This document shows positions 13,801-25,680 of a DNA stretch of 64,000 bases, one piece after another. Under the pieces are notes generated by a model. It was not told where the DNA came from, did no database searches, and saw nothing but the letters and a program-made list of their open reading frames with translations. Numbering within the stretch: position 1 is the stretch's first letter; each line of letters starts with the position of its first letter. This stretch comes from Podarcis melisellensis. Taxonomy: Eukaryota. A program made the translations under genes and the position numbers. Location: the NCBI GenBank assembly GCA_964234715.1, contig OZ174275.1. One strand, given 5' to 3'.

Positions 13801-14017
13801 TGCAACAACAAACCAGGGATTAGAATTATGCCTGAACAGCCTACCATCCTTTTGGGTAGTAAACTAGCCACAGATAAGATAAATCCCTTCCCTTATCGAA
13901 GACGTCCTTACCATAAGCTGTGCCATAGCTGGTACAGTAGAATTTCATGGGGTCCATACACCCACCAGAGCTAGTTTTTACATAGGGAGAAACAATCCCC
14001 AGGGGGAGACGACCCAT
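442..14017 (-). CDS. SAXO4: Stabilizer of axonemal microtubules 4 / PPP1R32 (IIIG9), multi-exon, 3'-partial
   Basis: Coding exons (minus): 13912-14017, 11460-11577, 10603-10756, 8483-8611, 5940-6003, ~2761-2867, 1638-1697, 1389-1469, 647-763, 442-536. All GT-AG and in phase. The translation (MGRLPLGIVSPYVKTSSGG...KFYCTSYGTAYG...KVHFDT...MSTEYNSKY...DFLQKKTIGAKEETGFT...GDEFLPVLSKGSER...EPSGFSLNN) matches remembered human PPP1R32 block by block. It lies downstream of SDHAF2 on the same strand, as in human. Confidence 0.92.
647..763 (-). CDS. SAXO4: SAXO4 coding exon 9
   Basis: ccacag|...AAG|gtatgc; TVPPDVEAPGPLSHSQFQGLQHQPQTQNNLLGREQVGHK. Confidence 0.88.
1389..1469 (-). CDS. SAXO4: SAXO4 coding exon 8
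   Basis: acag|...CCA|gtaagt; GDEFLPVLSKGSERGSGFSRQNLGRTP. Confidence 0.92.
1638..1697 (-). CDS. SAXO4: SAXO4 coding exon 7
   Basis: ttgcag|...CAT|gtaagg; SSAPGVSITKTDYLPSSFPH. Confidence 0.88.
2761..2867 (-). CDS. SAXO4: SAXO4 coding exon 6 (3' boundary uncertain)
   Basis: tacag|; DFLQKKTIGAKEETGFTEGCLANPIMDKSQ... Three in-phase weak donors are possible (exon ending 2779, 2770 or 2761). Confidence 0.8.
4490..4570 (+). mobile_element. CR1-type LINE 3' end fragment
   Basis: GGGGTTGGACTACATGATCCTCAGGGTCCCTTCCAACTCT...GTGATTCTATG, the typical CR1 terminus with an ATTCTRTG tail. Confidence 0.7.
5940..6003 (-). CDS. SAXO4: SAXO4 coding exon 5
   Basis: tttgcag|...G|gtaatt; GPHYMSTEYNSKYRFNIPGQP. 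Confidence 0.9.
7339..7542 (-). mobile_element. 5'-truncated Sauria SINE
   Basis: Reverse (ACCTTT)n tail AAGGTAAAGGTAAAGGT; body similar to the copy at 53625-53976. Confidence 0.8.
8483..8611 (-). CDS. SAXO4: SAXO4 coding exon 4
   Basis: gcag|...CAT|gtgagt; VKKVHFDTADQGAQAISGLEPKHTPDLHKLYGRGSVDVEHARH. Confidence 0.92.
9098..9180 (-). mobile_element. Penelope-like element terminal-repeat fragment carrying a minimal hammerhead motif
   Basis: TCCAGTAGCA..TT..AGACCAACTAA..GAGCTTTCGTGTGCATGCACACTTCTTCAGATAC; the family recurs at 11713-11863 and 58710-58990. Confidence 0.65.
9139..9176 (-). ncRNA. Putative minimal type I hammerhead ribozyme
   Basis: Minus strand reads GUAU-CUGAAGA-A-GUGUG(CAUG)CACAC-GAAA-GC-UC-AUAC: core CUGANGA and GAAA, stem II hairpin, stem I GUAU/AUAC, UC cleavage site. 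Confidence 0.6.
10603..10756 (-). CDS. SAXO4: SAXO4 coding exon 3
   Basis: ccag|...GAG|gtaagt; KLLQDNYESTTTKHFQPLELPDGKYPLPWSVYQPGSGYVREKPLSFPTTKE. Confidence 0.92.
10790..10935 (-). repeat. (AAT)n microsatellite forming the tail of a LINE-like 3' end fragment
   Basis: About 15 AAT units followed by CCCATCTGGCTGGGTTTCCCAGCCACTCTGGG, which recurs at ~20620-20800 and ~59350-59405. Confidence 0.75.
11460..11577 (-). CDS. SAXO4: SAXO4 coding exon 2
   Basis: ccag|...GG|gtaggt; QAGFRPRTSIHSGAGYKTNYRPVVHYKPSLDKLDNPTVG. Confidence 0.9.
11713..11863. mobile_element. Penelope-like fragment with internal inversion (40-bp inverted repeat)
   Basis: Arms 11764-11803 and 11824-11863 match at 38/40. Confidence 0.7.
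13200..13756 (-). mobile_element. L1-like LINE ORF2 3' fragment
   Basis: Residual ORF 13544-13756 (...PEAFLLGI...AARMLLAKRWKE...PTREDWQTKL) resembles an L1/Tx1 ORF2 C-terminus; T-rich end at ~13200. Confidence 0.65.
13912..14017 (-). CDS. SAXO4: SAXO4 first coding exon
   Basis: ATG at 14017, MGRLPLGIVSPYVKTSSGGCMDPMKFYCTSYGTAY, donor G|gtaagg; acceptor ttcag| ends at 14023. Confidence 0.92.
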
Positions 14018-17000
14018 CTTCTCTGAAGATACAGAGGTGGATTTACTGATGAAAGGTTTCCCTGGAGGAATAGAAATGGAAGATGATTGACCACTAATCA
14101 TTCTGGATAGCAGGAATGCTGTTCAGCCTCTGGACAAAGAAATCAGTCTGACTTGAAGCAACTGTTCATCTGCATTGTGTGCATGTCTCCTTAGAAACAG
14201 TGAGGTCACACACACAGCATTGTGATGTCACAGACTCAGGATTTTTAAAGGGGGCTAATGATACAAACCCGGCCATTCGTGGTCTTAATACATCAGGGTC
14301 AGGTCTTAAACGCTCCTTATTGGTTGCAGGTGCACTGTGGCTCAAGTGAAACAATAGAACCAATTCCTTCCACAAAAATGGAGATACAGTACCAGAATAT
14401 ACCATTTTACCTGAAGATTGTAAAAATATTCAACCTTGCTATTCTGTTCCAATTGGCAAGTAAGACACCCTCAGGGAAATCCCTGTTGAAATGGAGGGGA
14501 ACCACACAAGAGTAGGGTGGCACTTTTCCTTTTTAGAGAGGCTTTTAGAGAAAAGCTTCCAGAAGGATTTGAAACACTGAAGATCAGGTAAAATGTTCAG
14601 GGATCTCCCAGTACTGGGTGGGTGGGTGTGAGTGTCCTTCCTTCTATGAATCAGGAACCAGTTCGTATGATAGTCCCCACCCCATGCTGTAGCACATGGA
14701 TTCTGCACACTCCACACAAAGCACTAGCTAATCTGTACCCCTCCCACAATTTCTGCCTGTCCTTTTTCTAGAACTCTTCTATTGCATCTTTCTTGCTGTT
14801 CTTCTGCTGTCAATATAGGAGTGCTTGTGGTGATTGTAGCACTGCACTATTATCAACATGTTTTCAATCTATCCACCTCACATTTACAATAACCTCTGAG
14901 TGGGAAATTATTCGTTTCCAAACCTCCATTTTGTGTCCATTGGTGAGCAGCTGTGACGAACCACTTTTTCTTATTTTTCCTTCATAAATTCAACTGCTTT
15001 GTTGTGAAGTGCCACAGAGAACTTTCCATTTTAATTTTCTCCATCCTTCCAACACACCTGAAGTGCTATACATGTCTTGACAAAATATATGGCACCTGTT
15101 AATAGGTCAGTTGAGAGGCCACCTTACTTCTTATATACACAGCAGATTATTGTGTTCTGCAGGAGTCTCCCTCAAGTTCCAAAGATCTTAGAATCCCAGT
15201 TAACAGTAGCTCAGAGGAAGGCTTTCAGTCCTGCTGCCCCTGTTCTGTAGAACAGCATTTCTGTCAAGATATGGCAGAGGCCATTTTTTGCACATTCCAG
15301 AAACAATTGAAAATATGTTTGTTTTGTTGGAGAAATTTCTCACAGACAATTTAACCAAGCTTTCCCAGCTGGCTGAAGAGGCCTCTCTCTGCCTTAGATT
15401 TAAAAGCAATATGAGTGAATACCTATCTCTAGGGTTTTTTTTTCATTGTTAGTTTTAAAAGCAATTTTTAGCTGTTTTTATTATATCCTGCATTGCAAGG
15501 GGTTGGACTATAATAATAATAATATTTATTTATATCCCGCCCTCCCCAGCCGAAGCCGGGCTTTTGCATGGGTTGTATGTTTTGTGTATTGTCTACAAGG
15601 GGGGGATGGGATAGAAAATTACTTATTGCCATTCACTGCCCCTTTTGTCAGGAACACTGACACTAAGATTTTTACCTTCTTAGTAAGTTATGTGTCTAGG
15701 ACACATGCCTTTTTACCATAAGAACTACTGCAAAATTATTAACAGTGGTTACAGACTATTCTGCCCATCTGTCTAGTCTGGCTGCTGGCTCCCTTGTTCC
15801 CTCCTGGGCAAGGGAAGCCAGGAAACAGGACAGGTGTGCAATAGACCCCTCCTGCCACCATTCCCCAGCCACTCATATTCAGAACCATCCTACCTCTGAT
15901 CCTGAAGACAGGATGTAGCCACCATGACTAGATGCCAATGACAGCCTTATCCTCCATGAATTTATTTAATTCCCTTTTAAAAAACATTAAATCGAGCAGC
16001 TATCACTTTGTCTTTTGGTAGTGAATTCCATAGTTTAACCATACGCAGTATGAAAAATACTCCACTTTCAGAATTAAGAGTCCCGAAATGCTAGGGCCAT
16101 TCCTTGTAAAGCTTTTATTGGCTGCCCTTTTCCCCAGCCTTTTCCCACTCTTCTGTATCCTTTTTTGGGCAAGACAACAAGAACTGCACACTGTATTTTA
16201 AAGTGTGGACACACCACATATTTGTATGAAGATGTTTCCTTTCGTAACAATGCAAACACAGAATTAATATTTTCACGCAGCTGTCTCAACATTTGCACTG
16301 AGCATTTCCTGGTTGGTCAATATCAGCTCAGACCCCATCAGCATATAGGATCTTTTTGCCCCAACGTGCATCACTTTACACATAGGTGGTCATTGTTGTG
16401 CTTGGAGTGTTGGACTAGGACCTCGGAGACCAAGCTTGAAAACCCTGCTCAACCATTAAGCTGACTGGAAGCCACAGCCTCAGAGTCTAACCTACCACAC
16501 AGGGTTGCTGGGGATAAAATGGGGAGGAATTGATCCATGTACACTATCCTGAGCTCCTTAAGTGGAAATATGGGATATAAATGGAATAAATAAATGAACT
16601 GCATTTGCCATTTTAATGCCTATTCAGCCAGTTCCACTGGGAATCCCATTCTGTTTCTATTGACCTGAATAATTTGATGGTCTCAGAAAATATCCATCAT
16701 TGTAGGAAACATTGCTGTACACACCAGACATGTGCATACACATATCTGGGAACCCAGCAAGAGAAATGAAATGCATACATATGTCCTTACACAGGGTTGT
16801 GCACAGAGTGTAGGAGAAAGACCTAAATCAGGTATTAAACCACATGACCACATCCTAACAGATTCTCCAAAAACAGCAATTAGCCATTGCCCCTTATCTT
16901 GTTGTTTTTCTAAAAAATAATATTTCCAATCTTCCGAGCACAGAAAAGGGGGCGGGGGAAGGAATATTTAACTTATGTACAGAAGCATAGTTCAGGGTCA

Positions 17001-17265
17001 GACCATGTTTTGTGTCCAAAATATCTAAAGTTCAGTCTCTGGTAGCTCCAACCAAAAAGGTCTTAAGATTGCAGAGTTGGGGAAATCCTTGACTAGTCAC
17101 TTCCAGTCAAAGTACTGAGCCAGTGCAGTGCAAGGGAGACCAAAGGACACTGCAGAGTAGTTTGTGAGACAACATGCTTCTTCCTCACACAAAGCTAAAT
17201 CCACCATGGACAGCAGCCTGTAGCCACCAACCCCATTTCGCCTGTGAGGATGGTATTGTCCTTAC

Positions 17266-17400
17266 CTGTCCCAACCAGCGAGGCACTACTTGTTGGCTGA
17301 TGGTAGCAAGCAGAACTAGATGTCCAAAAGGAACGAACCATTCATTTATTTAAGGAACTGAAGTTGGGAACTTGACGGACGAATGCAGAAAGCTGAAGTC
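17266..17400 (-). other. SAXO4: Putative non-coding first exon (5' UTR) of SAXO4
   Basis: Strong minus-strand donor CAG|gtaagg at 17266/17265, just downstream of tandem RFX motifs. The first coding exon has an acceptor only 5 nt before its ATG, so an upstream exon is expected. TSS is approximate. Confidence 0.55.
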
Positions 17401-17409
17401 TAGCAGCAT

Positions 17410-17436
17410 GTAACCTAGCAACCAGCACCTAGCAAC
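17410..17436. promoter_or_regulatory. Tandem RFX X-box-like motifs, likely SAXO4 promoter
   Basis: GTAACCTAGCAAC (17410-17422) and GCACCTAGCAAC (17425-17436); CCTAGCAAC is a classic RFX half-site. Confidence 0.65.
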
Positions 17437-19009
17437 TAGCTCGACAACATTGCTCTCCTTCCAATGGCCTTATAGTTCAGAGGGTATTGGGAGCAACTGC
17501 AGGGGCCCTGGGCACATGCCCAATACGTACAGGAAATGGTTCTGATTATTTGGATTCCTAAATATAGCCCTTGAGGGGTTGAGGTCTGTGTTTCCTGAGC
17601 CATTGTCCCATTGTATTCAAGTTGAGCTACTAGATAGGAGCTGGGGAGGTATGCAGCAGTTGAACAAGGTAGAGTCACCAGAATCAGTGCTGCCACCGCT
17701 CCCAGGTCCGTAAAACATAGAACAGTACCAAGTGGGCAGAAAGGAACATGTGTAAGGCTGTGTGCCTACTAAATGTCTGTAGTTAAAGCTGTGCAGTGTA
17801 ATTCAAGTGTAACTTTAGATGTCCGGCACACAACTCTTGAGAATTTAAGCCTTCGCCACCATTATCCCATCTCCCAATGTTCTGCATTTGTATCTGCGAA
17901 ATAATATTGAAATGTTATTGTAAAGTCTTAGCAATATGAGTTGCGGGTTTCAGATAGCTCAGTTTTGGTGCTGTATGATTCTGTTGCTTACCTAGGACTA
18001 AAATAAGTGTATTTGTGTTATATTTTACTCATGTCATTGAATGTGGCATTGCTTGACACAGAATCTCTGCAATCTGAACTCTGACACGGAAGAGAAATCT
18101 CTGAGCATACAAAATTAAAAATATGTAAGTTACACATCACTTTTGATCAAGCCTGCATGTGAATATTTAGTATTGAGGAAACATCATCAACATGCTTATA
18201 ATGACACCATGTGGTAGTTTAAAGGTAATGCCATAGACTAGATGGCTGCAAAGAAACATGTAACCTTAAGCAAGACTTTTAACGTTCTGTGTGATAAGGG
18301 GCGGGGGGGGGGGGAACCAACTCTAGGAGGGCCAAGCTGTATTTCAAATTGTCACACAGCTAGCAAGTTTTAATAGGATTTTTTAAATTTAAAAAAGTAC
18401 ATTACATAAAACATCTTCTGCAGAAACACCTGGGTGTCTGAAAGTGTTACTTATATGATTATTGAAGAAGTCACTGCTGGCTAGAAGAAAAAGTAGTTAT
18501 GTATCCTAGAACAATTTCAAACACCTGTTTTGAAAATACCTGACTCCCAGTAATTGACTGAAAAGTGGAAAAGAGCCTAACAGGGTTAGACACAAGCCAC
18601 ACAGTACTGTTTTCTTCTTTTTGCACCATCAACTTCTAAAAATAGAATAGCTAAAGTTCATTCAGCTACGAATGCTAGCAGTCGATTGGGTGAAAAAAGG
18701 AAATACAAGCAGACTGAATAAACAGTGTATGTTTATGAAAATTTATGAACAGAGACATAGGCTGATTTATTTGCTTTTTTAAGTATTTCACATAAAATTT
18801 TCTAATGGAAGGGTGATCCCCTTTGGAATAAGGAATTTGTAGTGAAGAATCTTGTTTTTTCAGCAAATGGCACACATTTTTGTGTTCTGGGAAATAATAT
18901 TCTTGTAAGTTAAATTCTACTTTCAGCTTCTAATTTTTTGTTCTCATTTTGTCTATGTTGAGAACTGCCTTGTGACCTTTGAATGAAAGGCAGTATAAAA
19001 ATGTAATAA

Positions 19010-19210
19010 ATCATAGAATTGGAAGGGTCCCAAGGGTCATCTAGTCCAACCCCCTGCAATGCTGGAATCACAGCTAAAGCATCCATGACAGATGGCCATC
19101 CAATCTCTGTTTAAAAACCTCCAAGGAAGGAGAGTCCACCACCTCTCATGGGAGTCTGTTTCACTGCCAAACAGCTCTTACTGCCAGAAAGTTTTTTCGA
19201 ATGTTTAGTT
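19010..19210 (-). mobile_element. CR1-type LINE 3' fragment
   Basis: ATCATAGAATTGGAAGGGTCCCAAGGGTCATCTAGTCCAACCCC is the reverse complement of a CR1 terminus. Confidence 0.7.
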
Positions 19211-21325
19211 GGAGATATTCATTGTTTAACAGTCTATTGTGTACTTCTATATTAAACTTTGCTTGGTATAGCAAGTGGGTGGGAATTATTCTACATCTGA
19301 GGGTGGGGGGAGACAGTGTGAGTATTCACTAACTGCCAAACACATCAAATTACAACAACTACAAAGGACAGACAGTATCCATTTAATGCTGCAGCTACCA
19401 CTATATCAAACAGTAGCAAATGAGGGAAGAGGAGCGAAATGAATAGACACCGACTATAAAGGATAGGGTCAGCGGGGGGGGGGGGGAATTATAACCATGT
19501 GCCACTGGTTTTTACTGACAAGTGCCAGCTAAAACCTTGAGTCCCAAGTTGAATTAAGGTAGCTGGGGACCCTGGCACAATTCCCAACATACGACTTTCT
19601 TCCCCCCACAAAAAACACATAAGGTACCACAGAATAGGAGCTGCCGTCCATTCTATGCAGGAATTAGGCCCCTCTGTGCATCCACTGTCACCGAGTAGCA
19701 GTAATTACATCTGCCTGTTACCAATGATGGTAGAGAAGGAATGCAGGGCCAGTCCACTGGGACAGCTGAGAGATCAGTAACTTTTGGCGCCTCCTTTCCT
19801 TGCATTTTCCCATCCCAGCTGGTCATTAAAGCAACTTGAAAGCATGGATTTGAACCAGAGTTTGCCTATTTCCTCCTAGCTCCCTCCATTTCTTTTTGTG
19901 TCATTTCTTTTTAGATTATAAGGCTGAGGGCATATATAGCGATTTTAATGATTTGTAAGCTGCTCTGCGAGCCTTTTTTGGCTGAAGAGTGGGATTTAAA
20001 AAATCTTTAAATAAATAGGAAACACACACGCACACTGCCAAGGACATACACGAGGGCAATATGCAAGGACCAAATCTTCCATATGCAGCTTGTTAATGTT
20101 GGCCTCATTGATCTACTGAAGATGTACTAACAAACAGCACCAAGAATAAGAATAGTCTTCTAGGTTAGGGACACAGGGTTGTAGCAATTGGACAAAGGCA
20201 GTAGCAAATAAACCTATCAAGCAGAATGGAAGGAAAGTGATGGGCACATCCACCAGTTCATAGGCTGACACAGCTGAAAACTGGTAAGTATATCCAGAAC
20301 TGCACTTGTGGGGAGGCCTGAGGCAACCCCATTGCTGTCATGTGACTGCATGGAGTCAGATCACTGCACCAACTCCAGCAATTGGCTTTAGGAATGTACC
20401 TTCAGCATCTAAGATGTCCAGTAATGAATTACTTATATGGGGTTGCTATCCATTCATTATTGAAAATACACTTATAGCATAAAGAGTACTATAGACTTCC
20501 ACAAATCTACGATTCTCAATCATTCGTTCACCTTTTGGCCAGAATCATACAATACAGAAATCTGCCCAGGAATCCTGGAACTGAGCAGAATATAAAATAA
20601 TACTACAGCTGTATAAGAATAATGATAATGATAATTTATTATTTATAACCCACCCATCTGGCTGGGTTTCCCCAGCCACTCTGGGTGGCTTCCAACAGAA
20701 TATTAAAAACAATACAGTGTCAGACATTAAAAACGTCCCTAAACAGGGCTGCCTTCAGTTGTCTTTTAAAAGTAAAATAGTTGTTTATTGCCTTGACATC
20801 AGCTGGGAGTGTCGTACCTTTGAAGTCGAACAGAATCCGTTCCGGAAGTCCATCCAACTTCTGAAACGTTCAACTTCCAAAGCGCGGCTTCTGATTGGCT
20901 TCAGAAAGCTTCTGCAGCCAATCGGAAGCCGCAGAAGCCCCGTCAGATGTTTGGCTTCCTAAAGAACATTCGAAAACCAGAACACTCACTTTCAGTTTTC
21001 AATTGTTCAGGAGCCGAAACGTTCGACTCTCAAGGCATAAATCACATAACTGTGATTTGTTATGTATAATTTAACAACCATGTGCATTTCTCAATTAACC
21101 AGAACACACAACAATGTATTTTGTTTTTATCAATCAGCCTGCAGTCCTATACCAGTGGGATTGCTGAAGTGCATTCTGAGTCAGAAAAGGTACTCTGTTA
21201 ACACTTCTATACCTGTCTTCTCAGAAGTGTTGCATTGAATTTAATGGGAGCTATAACCAAGTATCTAAAGGACCACACATCCTTTTTGGGGGGCAATTAG
21301 TCTTCAAGAAAAAAAGCACTGAAGC

Positions 21326-21331
21326 TTTATT
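21326..21331 (-). terminator. Probable SDHAF2 poly(A) signal
   Basis: Minus-strand AATAAA ~130 nt after the stop codon. Confidence 0.55.
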
Positions 21332-21462
21332 ACAGATAAGTAAAGCATGGAAAACAGTGACCATTCACAAGAGTGGGACTCAAGAGGCCTGAATACCACA
21401 GTGTGTGCTTCTAGGTTTCAAACGATGTCCAGACTGTATGGCCTTCTCCAGAAACCACAAGA

Positions 21463-21593
21463 TCAGTGTGAAGCTTCAACAAGATACTCAAGATCTGGTT
21501 GTTGCTGTCTCTTTTCTCTGTTCTTGTTTTTGGTAAACTCTCTAAGCATCTCCATGACTTCATTTTCAAAGATTTCTGGAGCAGGCTTTGCTT
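21463..21593 (-). CDS. SDHAF2: SDHAF2 exon 4 (coding part)
   Basis: cccaaag|[43 protein letters not shown]. Confidence 0.95.
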
Positions 21594-24500
21594 CTTTGGG
21601 GAGAAAAAAGGAAGAAGTGAAGCAACAGTATAAGCTCTGCTACCAATGTCTGACGATTCTGTACACTGAGGTGTCCACCAGATGTTGGATTCCAACTCAT
21701 CAGTGCCAGCCAACAAAGATAAGAGTTGTAGTCCAGCAAAATCTGGATGAAATCACATTGGCTACCCCTGCTCAGAACTACAGAGTCTACAGATCTAGTA
21801 GGTTTTCCAAGATCATTTTGTCACTGGACTTAGAATTATTTGTCAAGCCCCATTTCAAAGACATCCCAGTTAGTGTGTTAAGTACAGAAAAGGAAACAAA
21901 ATGGAATGCTTGCTTTGCAAACAAACGAAAGACATTTCTTATGTGTCAGGGAGCAAGAATGTTTTTGGAACTTCTTGTAAAATGGCAGTGGGAAGTCTCG
22001 TCCCGTGGCCCTAATTAGGCTGGTGCAGGTCACATGAGGCTGTTGCCCACAAGACGTCGTAAGTGAAATGGGGCAGGTATGGGCAAGAAAAGAACAATCA
22101 GGAGTTTAAGTGAGTTCTCAATTATTTCTTTGAAAGAAGGGTTCTCTGTCAGCACCAATCAGCTGATTAATGCAGACAGGGAGCCCTGCTGGGAGTCAGT
22201 GGCACTCCAAACAGAGCATTTTCCTCTTTGTAGAGAAAAAACAACTAGCTGTTTGGAGCAAACACTTTGAATCCTAATTGCTACCTCCAAATGGACTTCA
22301 AAGGTTCCCTGTAATGCTCGTCAGCTAATTGGTGCTGAAAGTGCATCTTCAAAGAAGATTGTTGTATAGTAACCCATTTGAATGTTGATAGGTGTCATTT
22401 GATGTATTATGCCATCAGGTGACTGACAGTTGGGTGGTCCCATGCATCTGTCAAAGTTGGCCCATGGGAAGCAGAGTATTGGTCTACTAGCCAGATCCAG
22501 TTCCCCACCGCTACCATAAAATATATAATATACAGTGGTACCTCGGGTTACAGACGCTTCAGGTTACAGAGGCTGCTAACCCAGAAATAGTATCTCGGGT
22601 TAAAAACTTTACTTCAGGATGAGAACAGAAATCACGCAGCAGCGGCACAGCAGCAGCAGGAGGCCCCATTAGCTAAAGTGGTGCTTCAGGTTAAGAACAG
22701 TTTCAGGTTAAAAACGGACTTCCAGAACGAATTAAGTTCTTCACCTGAGGTACCACTATATTATCATTAACTATACAGCAGTTCTGCAACTTAAAACTAT
22801 ACTTGTTAAGGAGGATGTTAAATTCTACTAAATTCAAAAAGGGCTTACTGCAAATAAAAATACACATGTTTTAAAGGTAGAGTATACATTAGTTATACTC
22901 TTGATTAGCCTGACTGCTAGTTGGAATGTTTATATGGTGAACATGACAATTTTTAGACCCTGCTCATAGCTAACTGTATTTCAGGTTGTCAGTGACAAAA
23001 CCTTTTAGGACAATCACACACATTTTCAGGACAGAGGTTTAAATATTACATGTACTGTGCTGCTGTGTGTGGTCCAGAGGGCAGCAACACGAAAACAAGC
23101 ATTTTCTGTGACGGATTCCTACTTGTGGAATGTTCTCCCCAAAGGGGCTTGCCAGATGTCTTCATTTACATATCTTTAGGCATCAGGTAAAAACATTCCC
23201 GTTCTCCCAGGTCTTTGGCCTTTTTAACTGTGTGCAGGGGGGTTATTGTTTTTGTTTGTTACTATGTTGTATATTTTTAAGTTTTTATATTGTGAAATGC
23301 CCTTCATAAGACACGCCCACCAAGTCACATAAGAGCCAATAGCAAGTGACCCCAAAATACAGTGTTTTGCTTTACCTGTTGCCCAGTAGTAGATATCCCA
23401 ATCATTGCTGGGCTCATTAATCAGGCGATCATAAAGATCCAGCTGTTGCTCATTCATTCGATTCAGATTCTCTTTGGCAAAGAAACTATGGAAACAATAA
23501 AACAGCATACTGGGAAAACCAGATGAGGTAGAAAAAAATACCACAATGTAATAAATATACTACATTCTGGCTATGCAAGTGTCAGAAATTTCCGTACACC
23601 CATTCAGACAAACAAAAGGCATTATTACAGTTTAAGGTCCAGGCAAAAGCAATGAGGAGCAGGGCTCCTGAGGGCTGTGGCCTTTGGAGAAGAGTCCCAG
23701 AAGCTGGATAGAGGGGCTCAGAGGGGAGACCACATTCAGCCCCAGGTTCCCTCTACCAGTTCAAGATAAACCAATGTCTGACTATACCCTTGATAACCAA
23801 GAGAAAACAGAATGGACAATCTTCTCCTTTTTCCTCTATAAGCTGATTTTCAATATTCCATAACAATGCTTCCTAGCGCTGTCCCTGGATAAGGGTATTT
23901 CCAAGTGCAAGGAAAGAGCAACATTTCTTTTTTTAAAATGTAGGTTTATAAAATGATGCACAATATGGAGAAAGTAGACAACAATGATTTTGTACTCACT
24001 GTTTTTCAGCTAAATTTCCAGTTGCATTTTATCAGTTTAAACTGCCCAGAGAACATACGGTAGTTTCATCATTCTTATCTCTGTTTTATATACATTATAA
24101 AATGAAACAACAATTATAATATTAAATATTTTAATATTTAAAGACTCGATTCTTAATATGGTTACCAGGAAACAAGTCCAAGTTGAAAGCAACGAGCAGG
24201 TTTAGGAAAGGCAGAACAGAAGGCGACGGCTCACCTGAGCAGGAGGCAGTTCTCCAGCATGCCCCTCTTGCGGCTCTCGTACAGCAGCCTCGCGCGCTTC
24301 CTCGCCGGGGCTTCGTGGGGCCGGGCCTGCCAAGGCGGCAGAGGGATCTCCAGCAGATCCCGCCCGGAGTCGGAGGGAGAGTCCCCGCGGTAGCAGCACT
24401 TCGACGAGCGGAGGACGCAGGCAGGGAGCAGAAAGAGGCGCTGCGAGACAAACAGGCAGGGAAACGGCGTCAGGCAACCAAGGGCAGCGGCAGCAGCAGC

Positions 24501-24796
24501 GTCCGACCCACCACTCCGTTACTACGCGAACGCGCCGGAGCCCCTGCTGGTGCGGCGGTTAGGGAGTCGGACTAGGACTCGGGGAGGCCGTGACGCTCAG
24601 GGGGTGACCTTGGGGGCCAGTCGCTGCCTCTTAATCTCAGCCTAGCCCACCTCGCAGGGTTGGTGTTGTGGGGTCAGGAAGCCTATGCGCTTCACCCTGA
24701 GCTCCTTGGAGGCGAAGCGGGGGACACGAATTCAACAAATGCCTAGATACATAACGTGCATCTCCCTTTACTCACGCGAACGCTCAGCGCCGCCAT
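21463..24796 (-). CDS. SDHAF2: Succinate dehydrogenase assembly factor 2, mitochondrial (155 aa)
   Basis: Exons 24776-24796, 24235-24440, 23376-23485, 21463-21593 (468 nt in total). Contains [70 protein letters not shown] and PDLEYL, which are diagnostic of SDHAF2/Sdh5. Confidence 0.97.
22533..22758. mobile_element. Non-autonomous Tc1/mariner-type (Tigger-like) MITE
   Basis: TIRs CAGTGGTACCTC / GAGGTACCACT(A), flanked by TA on both sides; in SDHAF2 intron 3. Confidence 0.8.
23376..23485 (-). CDS. SDHAF2: SDHAF2 exon 3
   Basis: catag|[37 protein letters not shown]|gtaaag. Confidence 0.97.
24235..24440 (-). CDS. SDHAF2: SDHAF2 exon 2
   Basis: ctcgcag|RLFLLPAC...[10 protein letters not shown]|gtgagc. 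Confidence 0.95.
24776..24796 (-). CDS. SDHAF2: SDHAF2 exon 1 (coding part)
   Basis: AGGATGGCG start, MAALSVR|gtgagt. Confidence 0.85.
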
Positions 24797-25099
24797 CCTG
24801 GTTTCCTCCGCAGCCGCTCTACCCTTCGCGGCCCACCATAGACACAGAGGCCTCTACGGAAGCCTCTCAGCTTCTCCACAACGCATGCGCCCTAAAGCCA
24901 CTTCTCGGCCTCCCACGCCCGCTTCGGAAAAGCCGCCTACGGAGAGGGGCCTTTTCTGTTTTTGTTTACTCTTGCGAGAGGCGGCACAGCAACAGGCCGG
25001 AAGGGGCGGTCCTTGCGGAAGGGGCGGGGCTCGGCAGGGAGGAAGGGGCGGGGCAACGGGAGGAGGCGCTGGCTGTAGCGGTGAGAGGAGGAGGAGGAG

Positions 25100-25231
25100 G
25101 AGGAGGCGGCCGAGGACGAGGGGGGGTGGGGGTTCGCGCGCGCGTTTTGGGCCTGCCTGGGATTGCTAGGCCTTGAGCAGTATAACGGGCCCCGAGCGGC
25201 GCCGGGGAGGCGTCGGAGCTTCGTGGCCGGG
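25100..25231 (+). other. CPSF7: Putative non-coding exon 1 of CPSF7
   Basis: Donor GG|gtgagc at 25231/25232, branch point CTCACTAAC 25518-25526, polypyrimidine tract and cag| at 25569 ahead of the ATG exon. 5' end is approximate. Confidence 0.55.
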
Positions 25232-25626
25232 GTGAGCGCGGGGGAAGTGGGCAGCGGCGGCGGCGTGTCTCCGTCGCAGCGCGGGAAAAAGGAGGCGATG
25301 GCGGGCGCGAGCGTCCAGGCGCGCGCAGCTATGGCGGCCCGCGGAGGAGGGGAAGCGGGGAGGGAGGCGGGGGCGGCCCGGCGGAAGGTCCCGTGGTCCG
25401 AGTGGCACTGAGGCGGCGAGGGGGGCGGGGCCGCCTGCGCGGGATCCTCGGCGGAGCGGGGCTGCGCGGGAACGGGCCTGGGCTCTGCCGGCGGCGGCGG
25501 CCGCGTGAGGCGGCGATCTCACTAACCTGCGTCTCCTTCCCCCTTCTCTTTGCTCTGTGACCCCCGCAGTGCGGCTCTTTCTTCTCCCCCCACCCCCGGT
25601 TCTCTCGGCGGCTCCCCTGGAGAAAT

Positions 25627-25680
25627 ATGTCGGAAGGAGTGGACCTCATCGACATCTACGCCGACGAAGAGTTTAACCAG
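25627..25680 (+). CDS. CPSF7: CPSF7 first coding exon
   Basis: [18 protein letters not shown]|gtgagc. Confidence 0.96.

Noticed and set aside
21347-22018. 223-aa plus-strand ORF
   Set aside because: Antisense to SDHAF2 exon 4 and its UTR/intron, includes a repeat fragment, and has no recognisable domain.
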